A program made the position numbers and the translations under genes. Positions 12,700 to 24,046 of a stretch of DNA of 55,290 bases are shown in pieces. Every line of letters begins with the position of its first letter. Position 1 is the stretch's first letter. Under the pieces are notes generated by a model. That model saw only the letters and a list, made by a program, of their open reading frames with translations, was not told where the DNA came from and searched no databases. Source of the DNA: Octopus bimaculoides (taxonomy: Eukaryota); assembly GCF_001194135.2 (NCBI RefSeq), contig NC_068985.1, positions 24,874,317 through 24,929,606 on the forward strand, written 5' to 3'.

Positions 12700-13015
12700 G
12701 AGAATTTACGAAAAAAACAACAGACGAAGACAGGTGGTGTAAACAACAAATGGATGTATTAGTATAACGCTCGGGAATAGAGAAAGTCTTTAACGTTTCG
12801 AGCCTTTGCTCTTCAACTGAAAGGAACACAGAAAGAAACAAGGAGAGAAACAAGGAGAGATAAAAAAATATAAATGTAGTGGTCAGCGATCTATCATGGC
12901 GAATGCCAGATAAGGATCACACAGGAGAGCTAAGAAAAAGGGGAGATAACAAAGAAGTAGTGATCCCAAAACGAAGGTGCGTGTGTGTGAGAGAATGCTG
13001 GTGATCTTAACGTTG
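12700..13015 (-). mobile_element. Penelope-like pLTR-type repeat fragment inserted in a TTAA-class MITE
   Basis: Interrupts a MITE whose halves (12610-12695, 13015-13090) match the repeat at 16620-16740 in inverted orientation. Carries a minimal hammerhead-fold motif. Confidence 0.5.
12788..12823 (-). ncRNA. Minimal type I hammerhead-ribozyme-like motif, variant core
   Basis: Minus strand CUUU-CAGUUGA-A-GAGC(AAAG)GCUC-GAAAC-GUU-AAAG: stem I 4 bp, stem II 4 bp, intact GAAAC/GUH; CUGANGA altered at U4 and A6. Confidence 0.5.
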
Positions 13016-14289
13016 CTAAGTTCTTCATTCCTTTTAAAATTAATTAAAACAAAAGCAGTGGATTTCAACAGAAATTTGGTAATAAAAAACAAAACAGTCA
13101 AATGCTTATCCTCTGTGCTGGGTCACCAATAAATCTCCAGTTATTTTCACTTGATAACCCTAAGTCCACATGGATTGAATAGAATTATAATCAAAAGCAT
13201 TCCAACCATGACCATCACATCTGTTAGATATTGTGGAACCTGGACTACATAATCCTATGTGTCTAGCTGGTAGAATCATTAGCATGCTGGACAAAATGCT
13301 TAGCAGTATTTTTTATGGCTTTATGTTCTGAGTTCAAATCCTACCAAGACCAACTTTGCATCACATCGTTTCAAATTCAATTAAAGTACCAGTGTACCAG
13401 CCGAAGACCAGTCAACACGATCGAATAACCCCTTTCCCTGGAATTGCCTGCCTCGTACCAAATTTCATTTTCATGCTTTTTTATTTATTTTTCATATTTT
13501 TTGTAGTCAGTAAGGTGTGATTTGAGAGCAATTTGCCTACTACTTTTAGCTGATCAAGAATGAAGGCCTCATCACTGCCAATCTTGATTTATCTGCATTG
13601 ATTATAACTATGCCTATTATGTCCTTGATTATAATTACTACCAAACTGCCAAAAATGAAACCTTAAGCAAAATACCTAATTAGATGAAAAATATGCTTAC
13701 TCTCATTCATCAGTATACAGGGTACATCTGATTATTACACTTACAGGACAAACACTGCCAAACAATTTATAAACAGAATGTGTACTATTACTGGCTTAAT
13801 TCAAATATTACATAATTAACATGCTTAATCTGTGGCTCATGATCAAGCATGTGATTCATTGTCACCATGCTACAAGTCTGTTAAAATAGGGTTAAGTGTG
13901 TCTGACTGATGACAACAATTTTTAGTTATTGCAACAGCTTTTCTTTCGTTTTTTTACTTGTTTCAGTAATTTCACTGCAACCATGCTGGAGCACAACCCT
14001 AAATGGTTTAAGTCAACAGAATTGACCCCAGGACTTATTCTTTGTAAGCCAAGTACTTATTCTTTCGGTCTCTTTAGCCAAACTGTTAAGTTATGGGGAT
14101 ATAAACATATCAACATCAGCTGTCAAGCAATAGTGGAGGGACAAATACAGGCACACAGACACACATACATAAATATATATATATATATATTTATATACTG
14201 AGGGTGATAAATTGAATTAACATCAATTTAATTAACATCAATTTAAAACCAGTGACCTAGCATATAAAAAAATTCAGAAAAATTGTATT

Positions 14290-14514
14290 ACATGCATATA
14301 AGAAGGGATGACCACTAAGTGGACATCTGATATGCTAGAAAAAGATCATCTACGATCTAACCACGAAGAAAAGAATGTTCTCCAGAAAAAATTGTTCTGG
14401 TGTTTTGCTGAATTTTTTCTGGAGAACATTTTTTTCTTTGTGGTTAGATTGTAGATGATCTTTTTCTAGCATATCGGATGTCAACTTAGTGGTCATCCCT
14501 TCTTATACGCATGT
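14290..14514. repeat. Long inverted repeat or hairpin (104-bp arms, 17-nt spacer)
   Basis: 14290-14393 versus reverse complement of 14411-14514: 6 mismatches by manual alignment. Confidence 0.95.
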
Positions 14515-14547
14515 GTGCGAGTGTATATATATATATATATATATTTA

Positions 14548-14850
14548 GTGAAGGCGCATGGCTCAGTGGTTAGGGCGTCGAGCTTACGGTCGTGAGGTTG
14601 TGAGTTCGATTCCCGGACCGGGTTGCGTGTTGTGTTCATGAGCAAGACACTTTATTCCACGTGGCTCCAGTTCACTCAGCTGTAGAAATGAGTTGCCTTT
14701 CCCTTGGATAACACCAGTGGCGTGGAGAGAGGAGGCCGGTATGCATGGGTGACTGCTGGTCTTCCATAAACAACCTTGCCCGGACTTGTACCTCGGAGGG
14801 TAACTTTCTAGGTGCAATCCCATGTAAGTCATGATTGAAGGGGGTCTCAG
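14548..14850 (+). mobile_element. tRNA-derived SINE (third family); degenerate copy at about 52670-52830
   Basis: A box TGGCTCAGTGG, B box GAGTTCGATTCCC, CORE-like GAGCAAGACACTTTA segment. Confidence 0.8.
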
Positions 14851-17846
14851 TGTGTGTGTATATATATATATATATATACACACACAGTTTCCATATACAC
14901 ACTTTCCATCTACCAAATCCACTCACAAGGCTTTGGTCGGTCTGAGGCTATAGAAGAAGACACTTGCCCAAGGTGCCACACAGTAGGACTGAGCCCGGAA
15001 CCATGCGGTTGGAAAGCAAGCTTCTTATCACACAGCCAGACCTGTAATGTACTCATTCAGTCTCAAGATTTAACAATACAATTTCCCCCATGAGCCAATG
15101 TGGGAGTCTCTACACAGTCACCAATTCTCCAAAAATTAGCAGCCATATGTAAATTTATTCATAAAAAAAAAAGAGAGAAGGAAACAGCAACTTCCTAGAT
15201 AATGTACATTGTGTGTCTGCGTGTGACATATAGTCCTAGATATACAAAAATACAGACAGGGATAGTCATGCATGGAATGTCTCTTATAAGTTTGTTCTAC
15301 CAGCAATGACTTGGAAATTTAAACTTTCTTTTTCCTTTTACTTCTTTCAGTGACATGACTCACCACTGAGTCACTCATATGTTTCAATTAATAATTTTAT
15401 GCTCTAGTTGCATGACTCAATTAAAAATACTTCTAATTTGCATACACTACATAAGTATAGTGTGTGTGTGTGGGTGTGTTCACGTGTGTGTGTGTGTGTT
15501 CATGTGCAAGCGTGTTTGTTAGAAAATTAAGATAAACACTAGTACAAAAATTTTAATTACTACATATGTTTCGCCAATGCAGTTATTTAGAGCTCAGCAT
15601 TTGGATGCTCCAAGTGCATTTGGATACTTGACCACAATGGGTCATCAGAGTAACACTTTATAGCATTCTGTTACAGAGATCTAATGAAACATATACATAG
15701 GAACTAAAATATTTATACTGATGTCAATCTTAATTTTCCATTATAGATGTTTTGTAGATCATAACTAGTAAAGTAACACTGCTAAGTATAGTCGTAGACT
15801 AACCACTGTACTGGAAACTGACTGGATAATGATAATCTATGTGGAGCGCTAACTCATAAAGTATTAGTCATACATCTAAATGTACACATTTAAATTTAAC
15901 ATCTGTTTTCCATGCTGGCATGGATTGGACAGTTTGACAGGAGCTGGCAAGCGAATGGACTGCACCAAGTTCCACTGTCTGTTTTGGCATTGTTTCTACA
16001 GCTGGATGCCCTTCCTAATGCCAATCCATTTTTACAGTATACATTGAAACTGAAAGTTTGGTTAATATTCTTACAAAATACTCAGATATATTAATAATAT
16101 CGTCATGTATTTTTAGAATTTCTTTTTAAAATCACTCATTAAAAAACGGTTTTTAAATTTATCCTGAATTCAGTTAAATCAAATACAAATTTGATTATAC
16201 ATTCATTAATTCATTCACTGTGGTCAAGTTTTAACTGGCAATGTTCTGCTCATGTTTCAATTATTTACGTGTCTAACCCGCTTTAGCATTCAGGTTAATT
16301 TATCAAATACAAAGCTTATTTATTCACATTTTTAAAAACTGATCATATATTGTCTTGTAGCTTTAAGATTTTGAAGATATGATTATTTTAAGAATGACAT
16401 ATTTAGGCAGATGTGAATGGCTGGATCTGGCCAGGTTCAACTTAAAACATGTAGAATATTTGGGCTTGATATGGCCGGTTTAAAAGCTAAAGGACTAAAT
16501 TGCATTCAACAACTGTTTCATTAAGATAAACACTACCAAATGTGTAATTACATAAGTGTCAGTTTGAATGCTAAAGGGTTAAAAGACTTGATGTTTTTTT
16601 TTTTCCTCCTGCTCTAATTAACCCTTTTGTTATCATATTTGTTGAAGTACACAGTCGTTGTTTCAATTAATCTTGAAAATAATGAAAAGATTCATAAAAT
16701 GACTATATTATTGTTGTTAAACTGGTGTTTGGAATGTATACTAACATACACACACACAAATACACGAACATATACACATACAACATGCACGCACACACAC
16801 AACATGCACACACATGCACTGCATTTATCACTGCAGGAAATATCTACAAATAGTAGTTAAGCTTCCCTCAAACCACAACCTTCCATCTTTAAAAAAAACA
16901 AAAACAGAAAATATAATCCTTGATACAATGTCTGAATAAAAGATAGAAAGGGCTAAAATACCTTTGATCAATAGGTCTAATGAGCCAAGGCTGACCAGGG
17001 GCTAAATCAGTATTTTCCAGTCAAGATTTCTTCGAACCCTAGGGTTCCACAAAAGGTTGCTAGGCATTCTGCAAGATATAAAAATACATATATGTGACAT
17101 TTAGTATATTATTATATATGCACAGCATATTTGCTATGGTTAAGAGGTTAGAAAATCATGGCATATTTTTGTTTTTTAAAATAATATCTCTGTTATCAGA
17201 TTTTTAAAATAATATCTGTTATCAGAACAAGACATTTGAGTGTGGTTGTTTATATGCTGACAATATGGCATGGTTATAGTGATAGTAAGTTTTGGCACTG
17301 GTAGCTTACACACACATACACATGCACAAAAATATAAACACGTTCTTTTCTACTCTATGCACAAGGCCCGAAATTTTGGGGGAGGGAGCCAGTCAATTAG
17401 ATCGATCCCCAGTATGCAACTGGTACTTAATTTATCAACGCTGAAAGGATGAAAGGCAAAGTTGACTTTGGCGGAATTTGAACTCAGAATATAAAGACAG
17501 ACGAAATACCGCTAAGCATTTTGCCCGGCGTGCTAACGTTTCTTATTTCTTTACTGCCCACATGGGGCTAACCATAGAGGGGACAAACAAGGACAGACAA
17601 AAGGATTAAGTCAATTACATGGACCCCAATGCGTAACTGGTACTTAATTTATCGACCCCGAAAGGATGAAAGGCAAAGTCGACCCCAGCAGAATTTGAAC
17701 TCAGAACGTAAAGACAGACAAAATACTGCCAAGCATTTTGCCCGGCGTGCTAACATTTCTGCCAGCTCACCACCTTAATGTACACGTGTTAGTGAGAGAA
17801 GAAGACAAAGAGAGACATTACACTCTCTCTCTCTCTTTCTCACACT

Positions 17847-17882
<36 letters not shown>

Positions 17883-18015
17883 GGAGTTCGGAAAAGGGAC
17901 CAATAGAATAAGTACTAGGCCTACAAAGAATATGTCCTGGGGTCAAGTTGTTCGACTAAAAGTGATGCTCCAGGATGGCCACAGTCAAATTGACTGAAAC
18001 AAGTAAAAGAATATA

Positions 18016-18095
<80 letters not shown>

Positions 18096-18478
18096 TACAT
18101 ACAGACATAACCAGCTGCTGACAGAGAGAATGTGGAGAGGAGAGAAAGATGAAGAGAGAAGAATCAAAGAATCTGATGTGGAATAAGTCAGTGTTGAATC
18201 AACAAAACCAAATACATAGTGGTGCCAAAACAGCTATGCCGAAATGTCTCGTACCCATCAGTAGACATAGATGGAAAGTGATTGAGTGAATAAAGCATAC
18301 AACTACCTATCATCTAATAGATTATGTTGCTGCTGTATTGTTATTGTTTAGCAAGCCTTAGTTGAGAGACCAAATACTCCAGCCGCAACCATACCATCTT
18401 TTTGGGGGGATGTTTAGGATCATATTATCCAATGTTTTCCTCTTCTTTTTTTACAAAAAAAAAAAAAAAGCTGTAGAG

Positions 18479-18713
18479 CAGTGGATCTTAACTGGGGTCC
18501 ACATAAGACTTTCGAGGGTCCGTACAAGCAAAATACCAAATTGGGTTCACAGGAGTGGCTGTGTGGTAAGTAGCTTGCTTACCAGCCATATGGTTCCAGG
18601 TTCATTCCATTGCGTGACACCACACCTTGGGAATGTGTCTTCTACTATAGCCTTGGGCCGACCAAAGCTTGTGAGTGGAATTGGTAGACGGAAACTGAAA
18701 GAAGTCTGTCATA

Positions 18714-18760
<47 letters not shown>

Positions 18761-19192
18761 CTGTCCCAACCAACATCGCTTGACAACCGATGGTGGTGTG
18801 TTTACGTCCCTGTAACTTAGCTGTTCAGAAAAAGAGACCGATAGAATAAGTACTAGGCTTACAGAGAATAAGTCCTAGGGTCAATCTGCTCAACTAAAGG
18901 TGGTGCTCCAGCATGGCCGCAGTCAAATGACTGAAACAAGTAAAAGAGAGTAAAAATAGTAATACTGTTTTATGAGTCCATGAAAACTTTTGCTCAGATG
19001 TATTTTTGCAAGAAACAATTAGATTTCTTTCTCTAACATTTTACGTAGTTGAACTTACAACAGTTAATGTGTGAAAAACAAAACATGAAGTTTGAAAGAA
19101 CTTTCTATTAAACTAGTTTTTAAGCATTAATTGGAAATGGAGTTCTAGAGTAAAAAGGGGTCTATAGGTGAAAAAAAAAATGAGAACCACTG
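18479..19192. mobile_element. hAT/Charlie-like MITE interrupted by a family A SINE (18547-18955)
   Basis: TIRs CAGTGGATCTTAA / TGAGAACCACTG; imperfect 8-bp TSD CTGTAGAG / CAGTAGGG. Confidence 0.65.
18547..18955 (+). mobile_element. SINE family A, full length
   Basis: High similarity to 5746-6175. Confidence 0.88.
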
Positions 19193-19800
19193 CAGTAGGG
19201 TTTGAACTGAAAGAGTTTTGGTTGCTATTTCTAATAAGTCAGGTGACCATGTAGAGACTTGTAAGCATGTAATGGATAATGTTTAAACATCAGCAACAGA
19301 TGTTTTGCTTGGTCTCTGGGAAAGACAACTACTAGCTCTTTCTAGGTATGATAGTCTATCTATAGGAAGATATTGAACCACTTAATGCCACAGAATCTGT
19401 ATGAAACACTAAGAACTATTTATTTATTGCCAGCATTATACAGTAAGAGATGTGTAATATAAATTACTTCTATCTCTACAAACAGAGTGACAGCTGGTAT
19501 GAGCTCAAGTTTCATTCATACAGTGAAGCAAATGAGAAATCTCTCTGTGATTGGCTGTAGATGCCAGACCAGCAGAAACATTTCCAGGTTATTTGGTATC
19601 TATTCTACCCTATAGGCTAGAATGGAAAAGTGAACATTACAATGATGATGATGATGATGAAAATACTAGAGTAGATTGTCAACTAAATCCCACTCCAGCA
19701 AAAATTTGGCTTCGTGCTTAATCAAAGAAGATAAAACTGAAAAATTGTACTCATATAAGAAAGTTTATAGCTGATTGATTAATGGATTCATAATATTGTA

Positions 19801-19965
19801 GGTACAGGAGTGGCTGTGTGGTAAGTAGCTTGCTTACCAACCACATGGTTCCGGGTTCATTCCCACTGCGTGACACCTTGGGCAAGTGTCTTCTACTATA
19901 GCCTCGGGCCAACCAAAGCCTTGTGAGTAGATTTGGTAGACAGAAACTGAAAGAAGCCCGTCGTG

Positions 19966-19996
<31 letters not shown>

Positions 19997-20215
19997 GTAT
20001 GTATGTATGTTTGTGTGTCTGTGTGTCCCCAACATCGCTTGACAACTGATGCTGGCGTATTTAGGTCCCCGTAACTTAGCGGTTCGGCAAAAGAGACCAA
20101 TAGAATAAGTACTAGGCATCCAAAGAATAAGTCCTGGGGTCGATTTGCTCGACTAAAGGTGGTGCTCCAGCATGGCCGCAGTCAAATGACTGAAACAAGT
20201 AAAAGAGTAAAAGAG
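19801..20215 (+). mobile_element. SINE family A, full length
   Basis: High similarity to 5746-6175. Confidence 0.88.
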
Positions 20216-20259
20216 AATACATGCACAGAAACATATTTCTCCACCCACAAAAGCCCACT

Positions 20260-20486
20260 TTAACCCTTAGCATTCAAATTACTCTATCAAATGTAATGTT
20301 TATTAATTCACATTGTTTTGAATTAATCATGCATTGTCTCACAGCCTCAAGATTTCAATGATGTGGTTGTTTATTTTTAGACTGATATTGTAGGGTAGGT
20401 GTGAGAGGCTAGATCTGGCTGGTTTGAACATAAAGCAAGTAGAATATTTGGGCCAAATATGGCTGATTTGAATACTGTACGGTTAA
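20260..20486. mobile_element. piggyBac-like (TTAA) MITE; other copies 16273-16500 and 28696-28922
   Basis: TTAA|CCCTTAGCATTC ... GG|TTAA termini; three similar copies of about 220 bp. Confidence 0.7.
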
Positions 20487-21687
20487 AATATATTCTAATA
20501 AATGCATGATGAAACACTAAATTTGCATTTTTCCATAAAATATACTTGGAAAATAGGGATGCATTTTATGTGAGAGTGCACAATGGTAAATACCATATCT
20601 TCTATATAAATAAAAAAAGACGTTATAAAATCTAATCATAAGATTGAAGAATTAGAAAGTAGTATGTTCAATAATTTAATTTCAATAAACTAAAACTGCT
20701 CAGTTCATGATCAGGCTTTTTTGTTTGTTTTTTTTAAGCTAAACACTTAACAAGTTTAATTTCTATTTCTATAGTTTTTGATTCATTTTTCATTTAGTAT
20801 TTCAGGTTTATTAGAGACAAAATAATAAATAAATATGAAAAAGGAAAGGATCATCTCCAAGGAGAGAATACTGCATTGGTCTGCATTGACTAAAGACAAT
20901 TAATGAACATCATTATGAGACTCACTCACTAATCACATGGTGGGTTCTGGCAGACAGCTAAAACAAGGGAGATAATCATTTCTTTACAATACTTGGTGGG
21001 ATTAAAAGTTTGAATTTGAAATTAAGGAATAAGGAAAACGTTACAGAGAATGCACATCTTTTTTTCTTTTCTTTCATTTTTTACTTATTTCAGTCACTGA
21101 ACTATGGCCATGCTGGATCACCGCGTCAAATAGATTATGTCCAGTTCCATTTTTTGAATTTTTGCTCTTTAAGTTTGGTTCTTTTTCTATTAGTTTCTTT
21201 TTGCAAAACCACTAAGTTACAGGGATGTAAAGGAGCAAACACCAGTTTTCAAGCAGTTGGGGAGGGAAAGACACAAAAACAGATACAGTAATCCCTTGAC
21301 TATCGTGGGAGTTACATTCCAAAATGCCCCATGATAGGTGAAAACCCGCAAAGTAGAAACAGTACAGTACTGTATTTTTTTTTTATTATTTATATATAGA
21401 GTATGACAGAGTATGAATTACTATTTTTCTATCTTTTATTTATTTCTGTCATTGGACTATGGCCATACTGGGGCACCACCTTGATTAAATTAATAAGTCT
21501 GCTTCTGATTTATTTAGTCCCTTTTTTTCTTTTTTAACTGCTAAGTTACAGGGACGTAAGCAAACACTGGTTGTCAAAAGGTGTGGAGTAGAACAGACAC
21601 ACATAAACACACAATTACATATATACACACACATACAAACATACATATATACACACACAAACATACATATATATATATATATAGACA

Positions 21688-21886
21688 TAGTGAATTCAAA
21701 CAAGAAAAACGACAAAAAAAAAACAACAACGCAAGGATGTGATACAGATATTGTGTTACTGGATGCTCAGGAAAGGAAGGAAAGAGAATTTGACGTTCCG
21801 AGCGGAGCTCTTCGTCGGAAATATAGGAAAGTCCAAAGAAGGGAAGACGGAGGAAGAAAAAAAATCGCCAACGATATAAACGAGAG

Positions 21887-21890
<4 letters not shown>
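21688..21890 (-). mobile_element. Penelope-like pLTR-type repeat fragment inserted in a SINE microsatellite linker
   Basis: GC-richer block between (TA)n and (CA)n; contains a hammerhead-fold motif. Confidence 0.5.
21788..21822 (-). ncRNA. Minimal type I hammerhead-ribozyme-like motif, variant core
   Basis: Minus strand AUUU-CCGACGA-A-GAGC(UCC)GCUC-GGAAC-GUC-AAAU: stems I and II pair, palindromic ACGU stem III, GUC site; U4C and A13G changes. Confidence 0.6.
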
Positions 21891-21919
<29 letters not shown>

Positions 21920-22773
21920 NNNNNNNNNNNNNNNNNNNNNNNNNNNNNNNNNNNNNNNNNNNNNNNNNNNNNNNNNNNNNNNNNNNNNNNNNNNNNNNNN
22001 NNNNNNNNNNNNNNNNNNNNNNNNNNNNNNNNNNNNNNNNNNNNNNNNNNNNNNNNNNNNNNNNNNNNNNNNNNNNNNNNNNNNNNNNNNNNNNNNNNNN
22101 NNNNNNNNNNNNNNNNNNNNNNNNNNNNNNNNNNNNNNNNNNNNNNNNNNNNNNNNNNNNNNNNNNNNNNNNNNNNNNNNNNNNNNNNNNNNNNNNNNNN
22201 NNNNNNNNNNNNNNNNNNNNNNNNNNNNNNNNNNNNNNNNCAATTGTTGAAATTCAATATAAAGAGGGTGTAAAAAGGTTTAAATAGCTGTAAATGACAT
22301 AAAAATGAATTTATAAAAAACAACGCAGACCATTTCTTCAGGAAATGACCAATAACAAAGTATTAAGTGTTCTTGAATGCATTGTTCTAAATTACTAAAT
22401 ACGGTTTGACAATAAAAGAACTAAAACGTATCTGGTAATTTCTTCACATTCATGGCAAACCAATGGAAGTGAATTGTAACAGACAGCAATTGTTAAAATA
22501 CAATCTTAGAAAAAAACACACAGAAACAGAATAATAAAATGAATTTCATCTCTTATTATTTACTTGTTCCAGTCACTGGACTGTGGCCATGCTGGGGCAC
22601 CACTTGAAGGGTTTAGTTAAGCAAATCAAGCCCAGTATTAATTTTATTTATCTATTTTTAAGTATAGTACTTATTCTATTAGCCTCTTTTGCAGAACCAC
22701 TAAGTTACAGGAGATATAAACAAACCAATTATAGTTGTCAAGTAGGGTGGGGGCTGGACAAATAGAGAGACAA

Positions 22774-22832
<59 letters not shown>

Positions 22833-23639
22833 AAGAGAGAGAGAGTGTGACAGACAGGACAGGCAGTGTGATTTGAAGGAGATTTGGCTGCTATTTCTAA
22901 CAGATCAAGTGATAATATACAGGCTTTATTAGTAATGATGTAAATGTGCACCATCTTAACAGCTGATAATAGAAAGAGTATCAAGGAGTAGCAATCACAG
23001 CACAAACTCCAAGTAAACAATGTAATAGGTAGAAATACATCAATGTACATCACAAATCTCCCTCAAATTACACACTGTCATTTTGAAAAAGTATGAACAC
23101 ATTGGACAATATAAACCAAGATACACAATGCATAAGAAAAGGATGAGCAGGTTATGGTTGGAATGCCTTCAATCACATATCTGCTTCATCAGAATTGACC
23201 TGGTGCAAACCAACAACAGCCACAATGGAGATAGCACATGATGAGCTGCCAGTGTTGTAACTAACAGGGATCCAGATGTATGTGGAAAATTGGTGTCTTT
23301 CATCTTTTGTGTTTCACTCATTGGAGTGTGGCCATGCAGCAGCACTACCTTGAAAGGTTTTAGCAGAACAAATAGATGCCAGTGCTCCTATTAGTTTGTT
23401 TTTTTTTTAAATTTGGTATTTATTGTATCAGTCTCTTCTGTGGAACCACTAGGTTACAGGGACATAAACAAACCAGCACCAGTTATCAAGCAAGGTTGGG
23501 GGGGGGGACAAACACACACATATATATTGGGCTTCTTTCAGTTTCCATTTAGATTCTCTTACAAGGCATTGGTCAACCCAGGATTACAGTAGAGAGCAGA
23601 TGCCCAAATTAGTGCATTGCAAACCTAATCAACCCATGT

Positions 23640-23850
23640 CAACAGAGAAACCAGACAAGATGATAATGATGAGGGCAATGATGATGAAGATGATGATGAT
23701 GGTGTTGATGGTGATAAGAATGATTATCTTGGTGATGATGTTTTTTGGTGACTCCATTGTAAATGATTATGATGATGACAATAGCATCAAAGACTTGATG
23801 CTAACAAAAAAAACCAATGATGATGATGGTGATGATAATGATGATGACAT
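23640..23850. repeat. Degenerate (GAT)n microsatellite
   Basis: Direct reading; source of the M/D-rich ORF at 23600-23860. Confidence 0.85.
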
Positions 23851-23971
23851 CCATATGTAACATATTACTGGTAAAAAATTTATACCCTTAATTTACTTTT
23901 CCAGGAATAAGGAATTACAGACAAAGGAAGCAATCTGTCAGTGTATATGAATTAGAAAAACATCGTTAAAA

Positions 23972-24046
23972 GTTTCAATGTTGACAAATCAAAATGTTTC
24001 AATATTGACAAATTAAAATGTTTCAATGTTGATAAATTACCATGTT
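23972..24046. repeat. 24-bp minisatellite, 3 copies
   Basis: GTTTCAATGTTGACAAATCAAAAT x3 with few substitutions. Confidence 0.85.

Noticed and set aside
15625-15655. Minus-strand CTGATGA followed by a GACC/GGTC hairpin
   Set aside because: No GAAA after the hairpin.
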